DNA from: Actinomycetota bacterium
Lineage (GTDB): Bacteria; Actinomycetota; CADDZG01; WHSQ01
Length of the DNA stretch: 64,000 nucleotides
NCBI GenBank assembly: GCA_046566065.1
Contig: JBKHXK010000010.1
Span: forward strand, 4,392 to 68,391
Direction of reading: 5' to 3'
Part shown: one piece after another, positions 62,245 to 64,000 of the stretch
How positions within the stretch are numbered: the first letter of the stretch is position 1
How the letters are laid out: each line of letters starts with the position of its first letter
The notes under the pieces: generated by a model
What the model saw: only the letters and a program-made list of their open reading frames with translations
The model's database searches: none
What the model was told of the DNA's origin: nothing
Made by a program: the position numbers and the translations under genes

Positions 62245-62874
62245 TTAGACGGCTTCTACGTCTCTCGTTGCTAGGTGTTGTTCGAGTTTGCGCTTGATGC
62301 GTTGGAGAGCGTTGTCGATCGACTTGACGTGACGGCCGAGCATGTCGGCGATCTGCTGGTAGGACTTGCCGTCCATGTAGAGCTGAAGGACCTCGGTCTC
62401 GAGGGTGGAGAGCACCTTGCCCATCGAGTCCTTGATGCTCGAGATCTCCTCGGCTGAGATGACCAGGTCGGCCGGATCGATCGCGCGATGTACCAGCGCT
62501 TCTTCCAGAGGACGGTCGTCGTCACCCGCTGCAGGCTTGTTGAGAGAGACGTACGAGTTCAGGGGGATGTGCTTCTGACGGGTGGCCGTCTTGATCGCCG
62601 TGATGATCTGCCGTGTGATGCAGAGCTCGGCGAACGCCCGGAAGGCGGTGTTCTTGTCCGCTTGGAAGTCACGGATCGCCTTGAAGAGGCCGATCATGCC
62701 CTCTTGCACGATGTCTTCCTTGTCGGCCCCGGCTAGGAAATAGGTCCGCGCCTTCGCCCGAGCGTAATGACGATAACGATGCAGAAGCTCCTCGATGGCC
62801 TTGTCATCGCCCGCGCGCGCCAGTTCGACGAGTTCGTCGTCTTCTGTTTCTCGGAACGCGATGCTTCCCGCCAA
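62245..62874 (-). CDS. sigH: SigH (Spo0H)-type sigma-70 family sigma factor
   Basis: Contains RAKARTYFLAGADKEDIVQEGMIGLFKAIRDF...FAELCITRQIITAIKTATRQKHIPLNSY...HVKSIDNALQRIKRKLEQHL, which is near-identical over long runs to Bacillus subtilis SigH as I recall it. Start is set at TTG 62874 after AGGGGGG. The 307-aa ORF-track version overlaps rlmB. Confidence 0.85.
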   Translation of the reverse strand: MAGSIAFRETEDDELVELARAGDDKAIEELLHRYRHYARAKARTYFLAGADKEDIVQEGMIGLFKAIRDFQADKNTAFRAFAELCITRQIITAIKTATRQKHIPLNSYVSLNKPAAGDDDRPLEEALVHRAIDPADLVISAEEISSIKDSMGKVLSTLETEVLQLYMDGKSYQQIADMLGRHVKSIDNALQRIKRKLEQHLATRDVEAV

Positions 62875-62932
62875 GTTCCCCCCTGCGTGTGGCCCGCAGC
62901 CCTGCCCGAAAGAGCGGCCGGAGCGAGATGCC

Positions 62933-63697
62933 TCAAAGACTAGCGGACGAAGAGCTTCGGCGAGCGATCTCGAACATCGCGATCGCGCCCGCCACTCCCA
63001 CGTTAAGCGAACCGATCCGGCCTTTCTGCGGGATCCGAACCAGACCGTCGCAGTGCTCACGCACGCTGCGCGAGAGCCCACGGTCTTCCGCTCCCAGCAC
63101 GAGACCGATGGGAGGCTCCACGAGGTCGGAAGACCAGATGTCATCGGGCGCCTCGCCGTCCAAGCCAACTATCCACAGCCCCGCTTCCTTCGCTTGCTCG
63201 AGGCTGCGTCCCAGGTTCGGCACGCGCGCAACGCGCACGATCTCGGCCGCGCCGGCAGATATGCGCCTGACAGTGCCATTAACTCCAGCGGAACGATGAG
63301 CGGGGACGACGACACCGTCGAAGCCACAACACTCGACGGTCCTCAACAGGGAGCCGAGGTTGTGGGGATCGGTCACCCCGTCGAGGAAAACGACCTTGGC
63401 CGCGTCGGAGAACAACTCTTCCAGAGGTGTGTAGCGGTAGCGGCCGGTGAGGGCGACGACGCCTTGATGGTTCTCACCCTCCGCCAGCCGATCGACCTCG
63501 GCACGAGGGACGACGCGGACCGGGATGGCTGCCTCGTCGGCTCGTTTCCGGATCTCGGTCAGCACCGATGACGAAGACATCCCGCTGGCGATGAATATCT
63601 TCTCGGCCCCCCTGCGAGCGCGGAGAAGCTCTACGACCGGACGTCGACCCGCCAGTACGGTCGACGCAGCGTCTCGATCCCGGCGGTTAGTCGGCAC
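62933..63697 (-). CDS. rlmB: 23S rRNA (guanosine-2'-O)-methyltransferase RlmB (SpoU/TrmH family)
   Basis: Contains HQGVVAL...FLDGVTDPHNLGSLLRT...LVLGAEDRGLS...IPQKGRIGSLNVGVAGAIAMFE. Confidence 0.88.
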   Translation of the reverse strand: MPTNRRDRDAASTVLAGRRPVVELLRARRGAEKIFIASGMSSSSVLTEIRKRADEAAIPVRVVPRAEVDRLAEGENHQGVVALTGRYRYTPLEELFSDAAKVVFLDGVTDPHNLGSLLRTVECCGFDGVVVPAHRSAGVNGTVRRISAGAAEIVRVARVPNLGRSLEQAKEAGLWIVGLDGEAPDDIWSSDLVEPPIGLVLGAEDRGLSRSVREHCDGLVRIPQKGRIGSLNVGVAGAIAMFEIARRSSSSASL

Positions 63698-64000
63698 CGA
63701 GTCGCCACCGAGCCCCGCTCGGCGTGTCCTCGATCAGGACCCCCAACTCGGTCAGTTTCGCTCTGATCTCATCGGCCTCTTCGAAGTCCTTGCGCTGCCG
63801 CGCTCTCTCACGGCGCTCGATCAGGTAGTCGAGCAGGCCGCCTACGAGCGCGGAGTCGATCGGCTCTTGCTCGAAGGTGAAGCCGAACACCCCGGTCAAC
63901 TCGACGAAGGTGGCGGCGATCTCTGCAAGTTCCTCGCGCGCAGAAGCTTGCTCGTCGAGCTCGGACAGGAGCCGGTTCCCGTGTCGCACGAGCTCGTGGA
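63687..64000 (-). CDS. cysS: cysteine--tRNA ligase, C-terminal part (the gene continues beyond the right window edge)
   Basis: The C-terminal ...RERARQRKDFEEADEIRAKLTELGVLIEDTPSGARWR is the typical CysRS tail. It overlaps the rlmB start by 11 nt. Confidence 0.85.
   Translation of the reverse strand, partial: HELVRHGNRLLSELDEQASAREELAEIAATFVELTGVFGFTFEQEPIDSALVGGLLDYLIERRERARQRKDFEEADEIRAKLTELGVLIEDTPSGARWRLGAD

Overview
This window is high-GC, Actinomycetota-like chromosomal DNA. That call rests on codon style and on DUF3263, LytR_C, DinB/TIGR03083-like and GpgS genes, and was not checked by any search. Most of it is the conserved minus-strand translation/transcription super-locus. Reading along the minus strand (high to low coordinates) the order is:
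- cysS (partial), rlmB, a SigH-type sigma factor and tRNA-Thr.
- A roughly 17-kb accessory wedge: gdh, trehalose/glucosylglycerate genes, response regulators, an ECF sigma/anti-sigma pair, tRNA-Trp, two toxin-antitoxin pairs and an exported-protein operon.
- secE-nusG-rplK-rplA.
- A roughly 3.3-kb insert.
- rplJ-rplL-rpoB-rpoC, then a PadR/cupin pair and an ACT-domain gene.
- rpsL-rpsG-fusA-tuf, followed by the complete S10, spc and alpha operons (rpsJ through rplQ).
- truA, rplM-rpsI, and small accessory genes.

acnA lies on the plus strand at the left end. I saw no rRNA, CRISPR array, transposase or integrase.

The most unusual content is the insert between rplA and rplJ (39062-42368).
- It carries five small acidic ORFs that share a leader-like motif, L-(E/G)-D-R-E-(E)-M-(L)-S.
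- Three of them are tandem paralogs with a 51-nt near-identical leader block and Asn/Ala/Val-rich, Cys-free C-terminal halves.
- A strong hairpin follows them, and then a 625-aa polytopic M50 (HExxH...LDG) membrane metalloprotease.
- The cytoplasmic N-terminal part of that protease looks like a PqqD/RRE peptide-recognition domain.
- I read this as a candidate, apparently uncharacterised leader-peptide recognition and cleavage system. It is either RiPP-like or pro-amyloid-like, and no modifying enzyme or transporter lies next to it.

Other points worth a second look:
- A perfect 42-nt tRNA-Trp 3'-half repeat, plus about 115 nt of diverged flank, brackets a toxin-antitoxin cassette.
- A true Bacillus-type SigH ortholog sits in Firmicute-like synteny.
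- Two CheY-like regulators occur as tandem paralogs next to an ECF sigma pair.
- A terminator sits 20 nt in front of rplJ, consistent with an L10-leader attenuator.
- Several ribosomal proteins carry low-complexity tails.

All family assignments come from reading the translations and recognising motifs. No database search was run.
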